This document shows, one piece after another, positions 18,114-26,526 of a stretch of 64,000 nucleotides of DNA. Each line of letters begins with the position of its first letter. The stretch's first letter is position 1. A program made the position numbers and the translations under genes. Below the pieces are notes generated by a model. That model made no database searches and was not told where the DNA came from. It saw only the letters and a program-made list of their open reading frames with translations. This stretch comes from Candidatus Omnitrophota bacterium (GTDB taxonomy: Bacteria > Omnitrophota > Omnitrophia > JAHJGZ01 > JAFGJY01), in NCBI GenBank assembly GCA_016928875.1, contig JAFGJY010000116.1:6064-70063 (forward strand), written 5' to 3'.

Positions 18114-19139
18114 CTATTTAAGCAATGAAAGCGCATGGATGATCGCGTTACACATCGATGTTTCATGTGCTTTATTCTTATATGCGATATCAAATGCTGT
18201 GCCGTGATCAGGCGATGTCCTCACAAAGCTCAACCCTAACGTAACATTGATCCCTGATTCAAAGGCGATCATCTTGAGCGGTGCCAGGCCCACATCATGA
18301 TACATAGCGATAATGGCGTCCAGTTCGCCGCAATAAGCTTTATGAAAGATTACATCCGGCGGATAGACGCCCGCAACACTGATACCCTTCGACCGTGCCT
18401 GTGCCACCGCGGGTATGATCATCTCTTCCTCTTCCCGCCCGATCTTGCCACCTTCGCCGGCATGCGGATTGAGACCGGCAACACCAATACGCGGATCATT
18501 GATCTTTACGCGATCCTTTAAGTATTCATGCGCAAGGATGATCTTTTCAACAATAGCCTCCTGTGAGATCGCTCCGGCTACATCCTTAAGCGGTATATGC
18601 GTTGTCACTAAAACGACCCGCAACATCTCTCCGCATAACATCATCGCAAAACGGGGCGTTTGATCGATCTCGGCCAATAATTCCGTATGCCCGCAAAACT
18701 TAGGCCTGATCATTTGACATGCTTCTTTATTTATCGGTGCAGTTACCAGAGCATCGATGAGGCCTTCTTTGGCATAGCGCGCTGCTCTCTCGACCGCCTT
18801 AAGCGCAAGACGGGCATTCTGCTCTGCTATTTTCCCGACCGCATATTCCTCCGCAGTATCGGATATATCAAGAACGTTAAGCACAGACGGTTTTAATAAT
18901 GGATCTTTAATGTCCGATATTGCGTTTAACTGGACAGTAGACCGTGCTATTACCCGATTTCTCTCCAATACCGCCATACTTCCGAAACAAACAAAAAAGA
19001 CATTTGCTCCACGCTGCGCGGTCAAATGTCTTTGTAGATATTCAGACTGAAAACTTTTCAGGATCACCTCAGGCCCTATGCCGCCCGGATCCCCTATACT
19101 AATACCAATGATCTTGTTATTTGATCGAGATGTAGGCAT
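18114..19139 (-). CDS. pdxA: 4-hydroxythreonine-4-phosphate dehydrogenase
   Basis: 341 aa. GDPGGIGPE, GHTELLA and TSPDHGTAFDIA motifs. Confidence 0.92.
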   Translation of the reverse strand: MPTSRSNNKIIGISIGDPGGIGPEVILKSFQSEYLQRHLTAQRGANVFFVCFGSMAVLERNRVIARSTVQLNAISDIKDPLLKPSVLNVLDISDTAEEYAVGKIAEQNARLALKAVERAARYAKEGLIDALVTAPINKEACQMIRPKFCGHTELLAEIDQTPRFAMMLCGEMLRVVLVTTHIPLKDVAGAISQEAIVEKIILAHEYLKDRVKINDPRIGVAGLNPHAGEGGKIGREEEEMIIPAVAQARSKGISVAGVYPPDVIFHKAYCGELDAIIAMYHDVGLAPLKMIAFESGINVTLGLSFVRTSPDHGTAFDIAYKNKAHETSMCNAIIHALSLLK

Positions 19140-20082
19140 CCTGCTTCAACTCTTCGATCCATGCTCTGTAACGGGCTTCTGTCTTTTCGCGGAATAATTG
19201 TGTCCTGATGGTTTCCTTTACTTCTTCAAGCGGGGTGACTTTCTTCTCCTGTTTGGCTTCAACAAGGAACACATGGTACCCTATCTCGCTTTCCACAATA
19301 TCAGTAAGCGTCCCGATCGTAGCATTAAAAATGGCTTCATCGATCGCCGTTATCATTTGCCCGCGTTCGACGAACCCCAGGTCCCCGCCCTCTTGCGCAT
19401 GTGACTCTTCCGAATGTGTGCGCGCAAGAGTTTCAAAAGAAGCTCCTTGTTCGTATTGCTCGATTATGTCCTGAAGGCGCCCGCGCGTGGTCTCAAAAGG
19501 TTCTTTAGCAGTATCTTTACGCAGCATAATGCAACGGACCTTTGCCCGTTCAGGTTTGGTATATTCATCAGCTTCATCAGAAAAATATTGTTCGACGTCT
19601 TGAGGCGATACAACAACTTTACTTAATACTTCATATTGATACAGCTTTTGAACGGATATCTGTTCCCTCTGCCGCTGTTTAAGCTGCTTGATCGTAAAAC
19701 CTTGTTTCTGCAGTTCATCCTTGAATTCTTCCGTCGAACTAAAACGTTCCTCAAACTGTTTGATCCGCTCATCGATCTCTGCATCGATAACGGTGACCCC
19801 GCGACGGACAGCTTCTTGATATATGAGCTTATCTTCGATAAGCTGATTGAGGACCATGATCCTTGCTTCAAGCAGCTTTTCCTGCAATTCCTCGCCTTGA
19901 AAGGTTTCCACATATTGTTGGTAGACCGGCGCAAAACTCATCTCAAATTCGCTTTGCGTGATCGGTTCATCATTGACGACCGCAACTATGCGATCTATTA
20001 TTTCCGCATGGATCGTATTCCCAAAGAATGTGAACACGCTTACAAGGATCATTATTGCAATATACTTACTGATTCTATTCAT
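19117..20082 (-). CDS. surA: SurA-like periplasmic peptidyl-prolyl isomerase/chaperone
   Basis: 321 aa. Signal peptide, SurA N-terminal domain (DRIVAVVNDEPIT) and a parvulin domain (GGDLGF...GYHVFLV). The order surA-pdxA-rsmA matches E. coli. Confidence 0.85.
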   Translation of the reverse strand: MNRISKYIAIMILVSVFTFFGNTIHAEIIDRIVAVVNDEPITQSEFEMSFAPVYQQYVETFQGEELQEKLLEARIMVLNQLIEDKLIYQEAVRRGVTVIDAEIDERIKQFEERFSSTEEFKDELQKQGFTIKQLKQRQREQISVQKLYQYEVLSKVVVSPQDVEQYFSDEADEYTKPERAKVRCIMLRKDTAKEPFETTRGRLQDIIEQYEQGASFETLARTHSEESHAQEGGDLGFVERGQMITAIDEAIFNATIGTLTDIVESEIGYHVFLVEAKQEKKVTPLEEVKETIRTQLFREKTEARYRAWIEELKQDAYISIK

Positions 20083-20130
20083 AACACCTTCCGATAAAAT
20101 AAGTTATATAAATGTCACACGTGGATATTC

Positions 20131-20160
20131 ATAATACCATAGCTGCAATGCTATTGTAAA
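20131..20160 (-). promoter_or_regulatory. candidate promoter upstream of surA
   Basis: Minus strand TTTACA (20155-20160), 18-nt spacer, TATTAT (20131-20136). Confidence 0.4.
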
Positions 20161-20223
20161 CAGCAGATTCTCGATTTTTTACGGGATGAGACAAAAGTGC
20201 AAAATTACCCCCATTACCCTTCA

Positions 20224-21075
20224 TTATCTCTTGTATTTTTCAAGGAACCTTTGAAGGCCATCGGTATATTTCTTCCCCGATATAATGAATCCGTCATTAT
20301 GCCCGCCGGCGATCTCAAGGAATTCTTTTGGTCCGGCTGCCTGCTCAAAAATGCGTTTTCCATGATGAAACGGAATAAGGCGGTCATCCGGGCTATGGAC
20401 CACCAACACCGGACATCGGGCATGTGCGGCATAATGCGCGGTCTCATATTTAAACCTACACAGTCTTCGCACCGGCAGAAAAGGATACATCTCCGCTCCT
20501 AATTCAGCTGTCGAAGAAAATCCTGATTCTATGATCAAAGCGCGCGGGCTCACATTTTGAGCGAGCCACGCTGCGACAGACGCACCCAATGAACGGCCCC
20601 AAATGATGATCCGCTCCGGCGGTATCCCCTTGCCGTTGGTTAGATAATCCCAGGCCCCCTGCACATCGTAATAGGTCCCTTGTTCGGTAGGATGACCGCC
20701 TTCGCTCGCACCATATCCTCGGTAGTCATAGAGGAAAATATCGTATCCAAGTGAATTGATAATATGAATGGTGTCTAAACGGTGGGAAATATTAGCGGCA
20801 TTACCGTGGGAAAATAAAACCGTGCCTTTGGGATCACGCGCCGGCACATACCATCCTGCTAGTGTTACATCATCTTCTGTCTTGAACCTAACATCTTCAA
20901 ATTGCAAGCCGATATAGCGAGGCGTCTCGCGTATCTCTTTACGTGGATAATATACGAGATATTGTTGAAAAAAATAAAAGATCCCAACAAATACGATGTA
21001 GCCAAGCACCACGAGGCTGCATATCGAAACAAAGGTCTGTACTAGAGGCTGCATATATCCTTTCATAAGGATCAC
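20224..21075 (-). CDS. alpha/beta hydrolase (membrane-anchored)
   Basis: 283 aa. N-terminal TM, HGNA oxyanion region, nucleophile elbow GRSLG, C-terminal GGHND. Confidence 0.8.
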   Translation of the reverse strand: MILMKGYMQPLVQTFVSICSLVVLGYIVFVGIFYFFQQYLVYYPRKEIRETPRYIGLQFEDVRFKTEDDVTLAGWYVPARDPKGTVLFSHGNAANISHRLDTIHIINSLGYDIFLYDYRGYGASEGGHPTEQGTYYDVQGAWDYLTNGKGIPPERIIIWGRSLGASVAAWLAQNVSPRALIIESGFSSTAELGAEMYPFLPVRRLCRFKYETAHYAAHARCPVLVVHSPDDRLIPFHHGKRIFEQAAGPKEFLEIAGGHNDGFIISGKKYTDGLQRFLEKYKR

Positions 21076-21109
21076 TAGGAAGTTATACCTAACTTGTTAA
21101 TGATCGTTT

Positions 21110-21138
21110 ATAATATTAAAGCTTAGTCAAGACTGCAA
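21110..21138 (-). promoter_or_regulatory. candidate promoter upstream of the hydrolase gene
   Basis: Minus strand TTGCAG (21133-21138), 17-nt spacer, TATTAT (21110-21115). Confidence 0.35.
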
Positions 21139-21213
21139 GTGCTTAATGTAAGAGTTCCTGGCCGTTACAAGGCAAATTGTAAGATATGCCCGGACAAATA
21201 GGTCTGTCTTCTG

Positions 21214-21248
21214 ATAAAAAAAGCCACAGCTTCACTGAGCTGTGGCTT
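21214..21248 (-). terminator. rho-independent terminator after tRNA-Glu
   Basis: Minus strand AAGCCACAGCT-cagtga-AGCTGTGGCTT followed by TTTTTAT. Confidence 0.85.
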
Positions 21249-21256
21249 ATCTATAA

Positions 21257-21331
21257 TGACCCCAACGGGATTTGAACCCGTGTTGCAAGAATGAAAATCT
21301 TGTGTCCTAGACCAGGCTAGACGATGGGGCC
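21257..21331 (-). tRNA. tRNA-Glu (anticodon UUC)
   Basis: 75 nt. GGCCCCATCGTCTAGCCTGGTCTAGGACACAAGATTTTCATTCTTGCAACACGGGTTCAAATCCCGTTGGGGTCA. The cloverleaf folds, the anticodon loop is TT-TTC-AT, and CCA is not encoded. Confidence 0.92.
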
Positions 21332-21351
21332 AAATTTTCAAAAGAGGCGGT

Positions 21352-21380
21352 ATTGTAACGAAAGTTCCTCACAAATGCAA
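21352..21380 (-). promoter_or_regulatory. candidate promoter for tRNA-Glu
   Basis: Minus strand TTGCAT (21375-21380), 17-nt spacer, TACAAT (21352-21357), about 20 nt upstream of the tRNA 5' end. Confidence 0.5.
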
Positions 21381-21398
21381 ATAAAAAATACTTGTGAC

Positions 21399-22763
21399 CT
21401 AAATTTTTCTTAACTGCATCATATTGGTATGTTGCATGTTATGACCAACCCCTGCAGTAACGACCACAATATCGCCCGGCTTGAGCAGCCCTAATTGCAC
21501 TGCGACCCGTAGTGAGGCATCGGCAATATCGCCGCGATTAAGTTGTTTGGTCGTGAACGCTTCTACACCCCAAAAAAGGGACAATTGCCGTTTTAAGGTC
21601 TCGTTTGGGGTCAAAACGTAGAGATGCTTCTTGATCCGGTAACGCGCGATCATGGCTGCGGTCACCCCACTTAAAGTCGGGATCACGATCGCCTTGATCC
21701 TTTTACAATTTATTACATCACTCACTGCTTTACTTATGAGAGAGACAGGGTCTTCCATATTCTCGAGGATCGTTGCCGGCATAACTTTTTCCTCTGCTGC
21801 ATCAGCGATCGTCTGCATCACCTTCACCGCTTCGATCGGATAGTTGCCGATCGACGTTTCGCCTGATAACATCACACAATCAGACCCATCGACCACCGCA
21901 TTAAAGACATCGCTCGCTTCTGCCCGTGTTGGCCGATGGTTCGTGATCATTGACTCGAGCATTTGCGTAGCAGTGATGACCGGCTTGCCGGCCTGATTAC
22001 ATTTTTGAATGATCTCTTTTTGTAATTTCGGGATCTCTTCGATCGGCAGTTCAACACCAAGGTCCCCTCTGGCGATCATGATACCGTCCGCCTCGTTAAT
22101 GATCTCATCAATGTTCTTGACCCCTTCAAAGTTCTCGATCTTAGCAATGATCTTGCAGGGCGAGGTCCCCATGATCCTTCGCAGTGCACGCACATTTGCC
22201 CGATTGCGCACGAATGAATCCGCGATAAAATCAGCCTTGTGTTGTAATGCAAATGCGATGTTGATCTTATCTTTTGCCGTAGTATACGGGAACGGAAAGC
22301 GAACATACGGAATATTAACACCTTTGCGTTTATGCAAAAGATCGCCATACAGAACGCGGCAATAGATCCTGGGGCCGATCACCTTTTTGACCGCCAGGCC
22401 TATCAATCCATCCTCGATGAGAATGGTATTCCCTTTTTTAATGAAGCGGTGAAATTTATTGTACTGGATCGGTATTTCATCTGCTGACCGCGCATGTTTG
22501 GATGCCGTGGTGATAACAACTTCCTCGCCCCGTCTGATCCTGCGGTCTTCGAAGTCGCCCAAACGGATCTTGGGGCCCAGAGTGTCAACCACAATAAAGA
22601 CATCTTTTGATGCGGCACGCACCTCGCGTATGCGCGCTGCATTCTCTGCGTGGGTCCCGTGCGACATATTGATACGCGCACCGTTCATGCCCATGGCGAT
22701 CAATTTCTTCACCTTGCCGTCCGTTGCAGGGCCGAGCGTACATAAAACTTTCACATTCCGCAT
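21399..22763 (-). CDS. pyk: pyruvate kinase
   Basis: 454 aa. KVLCTLGPA, MIARGDLGVE and MLSGETS motifs. Confidence 0.93.
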   Translation of the reverse strand: MRNVKVLCTLGPATDGKVKKLIAMGMNGARINMSHGTHAENAARIREVRAASKDVFIVVDTLGPKIRLGDFEDRRIRRGEEVVITTASKHARSADEIPIQYNKFHRFIKKGNTILIEDGLIGLAVKKVIGPRIYCRVLYGDLLHKRKGVNIPYVRFPFPYTTAKDKINIAFALQHKADFIADSFVRNRANVRALRRIMGTSPCKIIAKIENFEGVKNIDEIINEADGIMIARGDLGVELPIEEIPKLQKEIIQKCNQAGKPVITATQMLESMITNHRPTRAEASDVFNAVVDGSDCVMLSGETSIGNYPIEAVKVMQTIADAAEEKVMPATILENMEDPVSLISKAVSDVINCKRIKAIVIPTLSGVTAAMIARYRIKKHLYVLTPNETLKRQLSLFWGVEAFTTKQLNRGDIADASLRVAVQLGLLKPGDIVVVTAGVGHNMQHTNMMQLRKI

Positions 22764-22773
22764 ACGAAACTCC

Positions 22774-22869
22774 TTAATGTAGGGACATGTCCCTGCTATT
22801 TTTTTTACTGAACATTTTTTGAAAACAAAACCACATAAGTCCTATAATAAACACCCACGAAAGTACCAT
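22774..22869 (-). CDS. 31-aa single-TM ORF, candidate small subunit of the upstream NSS transporter (MetS-like)
   Basis: Below the ORF-track cutoff. ATG 22869 lies 20 nt after the transporter stop. The product is MVLSWVFIIGLMWFCFQKMFSKKNSRDMSLH, a hydrophobic helix followed by a basic tail. Its TAA overlaps the pyk SD (TAAGGAG). Confidence 0.45.
   Translation of the reverse strand: MVLSWVFIIGLMWFCFQKMFSKKNSRDMSLH
22781..22794. repeat. 14-nt perfect palindrome AGGGACATGTCCCT (variant of the AGGGACAGGT family)
   Basis: Self-complementary. It lies 18 nt upstream of the pyk ATG, inside the 3' end of the 31-aa ORF. Confidence 0.6.
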
Positions 22870-22889
22870 GAATGCTATTCCATATCCGT

Positions 22890-24464
22890 TCATATCTCGA
22901 CCCCTCTCTTCCGCTTGCGCGACCATGCGATCTTAAGACATACCATCAATACTAAAAATAAACACACCAATCCCAAACGCGTCGTAAGGACATATACTTG
23001 ATTTTCAGTAGGCACCGATCTCATCAATATCGTCGGTAAACCTTGTTGTACGAACCAAAATCCGAGAATGATCAACAGAAAACTCGGCGTGATATATTTA
23101 ATTATAAAACGATATATACGCGGCACACGCAGTTCAGCCCCTAGGTGCATTTCGTCCCATGACCTGTCAATGCCATACACCCACGCAAAGAGGATCACCT
23201 CTACAGTCGCGAATAAGACCAAACAAAATGTCCCGGCCCAGAAATCAAGTTCATCAACAACACCGTGCTTGAGGAAGAAAACAGCAGGCTGGCATAATAT
23301 AAAAAGTGCCCCCCAAAGGATACCGATCGCCTTTTTGCGCGATATGTCGAATTCATCCTCAATGAACGCGATCGCCGGCTGCAACATCGACACCGAGGAA
23401 GTAACTCCTGCAACAAACAGCAGGAAAAACCAAATAAAAATAAAAATGCCCCCCAGCGGGATCTGTTTGAAGATAAGCGGCATCGTCACAAAACCCAGAT
23501 TGAACGCCCCCTCCTGAGCGACCGTCTGCACTCCTGCCGCACCGAAGAATATGAATGCGGCCGGAATGATAATGCTTCCGCCTAAAATAACTTCCGAAAA
23601 TTCATTGACGCTTACCGATGTCAGCCCCGAAAGGACAACATCATCTTCCTTGCTAAGGTAACTCGCATACGTTAGGATGCATCCAATACCGACGCTCAAG
23701 GTAAAAAATATCTGCCCTGCCGCGGCCAACCACACCTTAGCATTCTTAAGCGCTGCAAAATCCGGGTTCCACATAAACCCTAACCCGTTCATAACGTTCC
23801 ACTCCGGCTTTGCAGCGTCCGGAGCGCTTAACGTAAGCACGCGTATCAGTATCACAATTCCCAATCCTAATAAAAGCGGCATGGCGATCTTACACAATTT
23901 TTCTATCCCCCCGCGCACGCCGAATGAAACAACGATCATGTTTATGGCAAAGGTGATCAGAAAGAAAATATACGCAGGCAACAAACTTGAAAAGTGATTG
24001 TTCTTCACCAAACCTTGGTACGCTTGTAAGAACCCCTGCATCTCCTCCTTGCCGGTGACTTCCGCATATTTGCCGGTTATACTGAAAAAACTAAATCCCA
24101 AAAGCCATGATTCGATATAAGTATAGTACATAAAAATAACGACCGGTCCGAAGATGCCGATGATCCCGAAATATTTCACAAAACGCGCTTTGCGCGACAT
24201 AGTGTGAAATATCCCCGGCGCGGTCGAATGTTCGAATCCTCCCCCGTATCTACCAAGCGTCCACTCGACCCACATAAGCGGTATACCCAATAAGAGCAAT
24301 GAAATGAAATACGGGATCATGAATGCCCCGCCACCGTTACTGGCAGCTTGCACCGGAAAACGCAGAAAATTCCCGAGCCCCACTGCGCTGCCGGCTACAG
24401 CAAGTACGATCCCAAGTCGTGAGCCCCACGCTTCTCTTTTTCTCTTCTGGTTATCCTCTGCCAT
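22890..24464 (-). CDS. sodium-dependent transporter, NSS/SNF family
   Basis: 524 aa, about 12 TM. N-terminal WGSRLGIVLAVAGSAVGLGNFLRFP signature. Confidence 0.88.
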   Translation of the reverse strand: MAEDNQKRKREAWGSRLGIVLAVAGSAVGLGNFLRFPVQAASNGGGAFMIPYFISLLLLGIPLMWVEWTLGRYGGGFEHSTAPGIFHTMSRKARFVKYFGIIGIFGPVVIFMYYTYIESWLLGFSFFSITGKYAEVTGKEEMQGFLQAYQGLVKNNHFSSLLPAYIFFLITFAINMIVVSFGVRGGIEKLCKIAMPLLLGLGIVILIRVLTLSAPDAAKPEWNVMNGLGFMWNPDFAALKNAKVWLAAAGQIFFTLSVGIGCILTYASYLSKEDDVVLSGLTSVSVNEFSEVILGGSIIIPAAFIFFGAAGVQTVAQEGAFNLGFVTMPLIFKQIPLGGIFIFIWFFLLFVAGVTSSVSMLQPAIAFIEDEFDISRKKAIGILWGALFILCQPAVFFLKHGVVDELDFWAGTFCLVLFATVEVILFAWVYGIDRSWDEMHLGAELRVPRIYRFIIKYITPSFLLIILGFWFVQQGLPTILMRSVPTENQVYVLTTRLGLVCLFLVLMVCLKIAWSRKRKRGVEI

Positions 24465-24476
24465 AATAAAAACTCC

Positions 24477-25313
24477 TTATGCTAATGCAAGCAATAATAC
24501 TCCAGAACCGATCATGATGCGATACCATCCGAACGGCGCAAGTTTGAAACGTTGTACCAATCCAATAAATAATTTGATCGAAAAGACCGCGACGATAAAT
24601 GCGATCATCCCGCCGGCAATAAAATAACCGGCATCGTTTAACGTCAATTCAGAAAACGATCTCAAAAGATCATAACCAACGGCCATGATCATGACCGGCA
24701 CGGCTACAATGAATGAATATTCAGCCGCGATCTTATAATCAAGGCCACTGAGCACCCCGCCAATGATCGTCGCTCCCGAACGAGACACACCCGGCCACAG
24801 AGAAAAACATTGCGCGATCCCGACCCCTAATGCCTGACGATACGTCATGTTGTCCAGATCATGCGTCATCTCGTTGTTTGGCGTCTTGCCGTGAGCCCTT
24901 TTGACAAGCATATCGATAATGATCATAACGATACCGCCCGCAATAAGGCCGATAGCAACCACAGTATTGTTGAACAATTTATTCTTTATGACCGAATAAA
25001 GGAAAAATCCGGCGATCACAACAGGCGTGATCGTCAACGCGAGGTGCATGATGTTAAGCGTACCCGGCTTTATCGCACACCACTTTTTCGAAGGGGCACA
25101 GTCGCACGCTAAACGCCTGAATCGTTCTTTATATAGAACTACAACAGCCGCGATCGCTCCAAGCTGTATAAAGATCTCGAAACTCGCTGCCCTCGGCCCT
25201 TCAAAGTTAAGCCATGTTCCGCACAATATAAGATGTCCCGTAGAAGAAACAGGAATGAATTCCGTCAGTCCTTCGATAATACCTAGCACCGCTATCGTTA
25301 GCCACAACTCCAT
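24477..25313 (-). CDS. uppP: undecaprenyl-diphosphate phosphatase
   Basis: 278 aa. GLTEFIPVSSTGH and PGVSRSGATI motifs. Confidence 0.92.
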   Translation of the reverse strand: MELWLTIAVLGIIEGLTEFIPVSSTGHLILCGTWLNFEGPRAASFEIFIQLGAIAAVVVLYKERFRRLACDCAPSKKWCAIKPGTLNIMHLALTITPVVIAGFFLYSVIKNKLFNNTVVAIGLIAGGIVMIIIDMLVKRAHGKTPNNEMTHDLDNMTYRQALGVGIAQCFSLWPGVSRSGATIIGGVLSGLDYKIAAEYSFIVAVPVMIMAVGYDLLRSFSELTLNDAGYFIAGGMIAFIVAVFSIKLFIGLVQRFKLAPFGWYRIMIGSGVLLLALA

Positions 25314-25314
25314 A

Positions 25315-26496
25315 TTAACGTCCCTTCTTCCCTTTTTTCGTCATAGCGCATTTTTTCATGATACTGCATTCAACCACATCAGTACCAAACGATATCCCCA
25401 GGCCCAATGCTACGTTAACGATCGGATGAGCGGGCGTAACTAGTTTAAGTTTGTTGGTTGCTTCCTTAAGGGTCACCGAGGCAATATTCTTACCGCGCAA
25501 ACACACCATCCTGCCAAAACGCCGCTGCATTACCAAATTTAACGCCTCAATGCCAAACCGCGTTGATAAAACCCTGTCAAGCGCTGTCGGACTTCCACCA
25601 CGCTGTACGTGACCAAGAACGGTCACACGCGTTTCGATCCCCATCCGTTCCTCGATATCATCGGCGACCTTTTTCCCGATGCCTCCAAGACGGATCGGAT
25701 CGTGGCTTTCGGCAACCGTTCGCTCAACGATCATTTCTCCCCCCAAGGGACGCGCACCTTCCGAAACAGCGACAATACTAAAACTCTTGCCCTCCCTTTT
25801 ACGTGCCATTATATTGTCACACACCTTATCCAATTCATAGGGAAACTCCGGAAGTAAAATAATATCGGCACCCCCCGCTAACCCAGCATACAGGGTGAGC
25901 CACCCGGCATAACGTCCCATGAGCTCCACCACCATTACACGATGATGGCTAGCCGCTGTTGTATGGATCTTATCAATTGCTTCTGTCGCAGTCGTCACGG
26001 CAGTATCAAAACCGAACGTAAAATCGGTCGCTGCAAGATCGTTATCGATAGTTTTAGGGATCCCGACTATATTTATGCCGATCTTACTGAGCTTATACGA
26101 GATCGCCATTGTTCCGTCGCCCCCAATACAAACCAACGCATCCAATTTGAGCTTTTTATAATTGCCTAACGCACGCGTTGACATATCCACTTTGGCCAAT
26201 GTACCATCCTTCCTGAACGGCATAGCAAACGGATTATCTTTATTTGATGTCCCCAGTATAGTGCCTCCCATCGTTAATATCCCGGAGATGTTTTTTGAAG
26301 TGAGCCGTATATATTTGTTATAAACCAATCCTTTAAAGGCATCGAGAAACCCGTATACTTCGACCTTTTCAGGGCTCACACAACTGCTCGTCATTGCCGG
26401 TCTTGCTACTGCCCGAATGACCGCATTCAGTCCAGGGCAATCCCCACCGCCCGTTAAAATACCTATTCTCTTGACCTGTTTTTTTCTTGTTGCCAT
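25315..26496 (-). CDS. pfkA: 6-phosphofructokinase (long-form PFK-A family)
   Basis: 393 aa. GILTGGGDCPGLNAVIR, IGGDGT, PKTIDNDL and the MGR motif. Confidence 0.88.
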   Translation of the reverse strand: MATRKKQVKRIGILTGGGDCPGLNAVIRAVARPAMTSSCVSPEKVEVYGFLDAFKGLVYNKYIRLTSKNISGILTMGGTILGTSNKDNPFAMPFRKDGTLAKVDMSTRALGNYKKLKLDALVCIGGDGTMAISYKLSKIGINIVGIPKTIDNDLAATDFTFGFDTAVTTATEAIDKIHTTAASHHRVMVVELMGRYAGWLTLYAGLAGGADIILLPEFPYELDKVCDNIMARKREGKSFSIVAVSEGARPLGGEMIVERTVAESHDPIRLGGIGKKVADDIEERMGIETRVTVLGHVQRGGSPTALDRVLSTRFGIEALNLVMQRRFGRMVCLRGKNIASVTLKEATNKLKLVTPAHPIVNVALGLGISFGTDVVECSIMKKCAMTKKGKKGR

Positions 26497-26526
26497 ACAT
26501 CTACTCCTTCCAAAAGTTTATACGGA

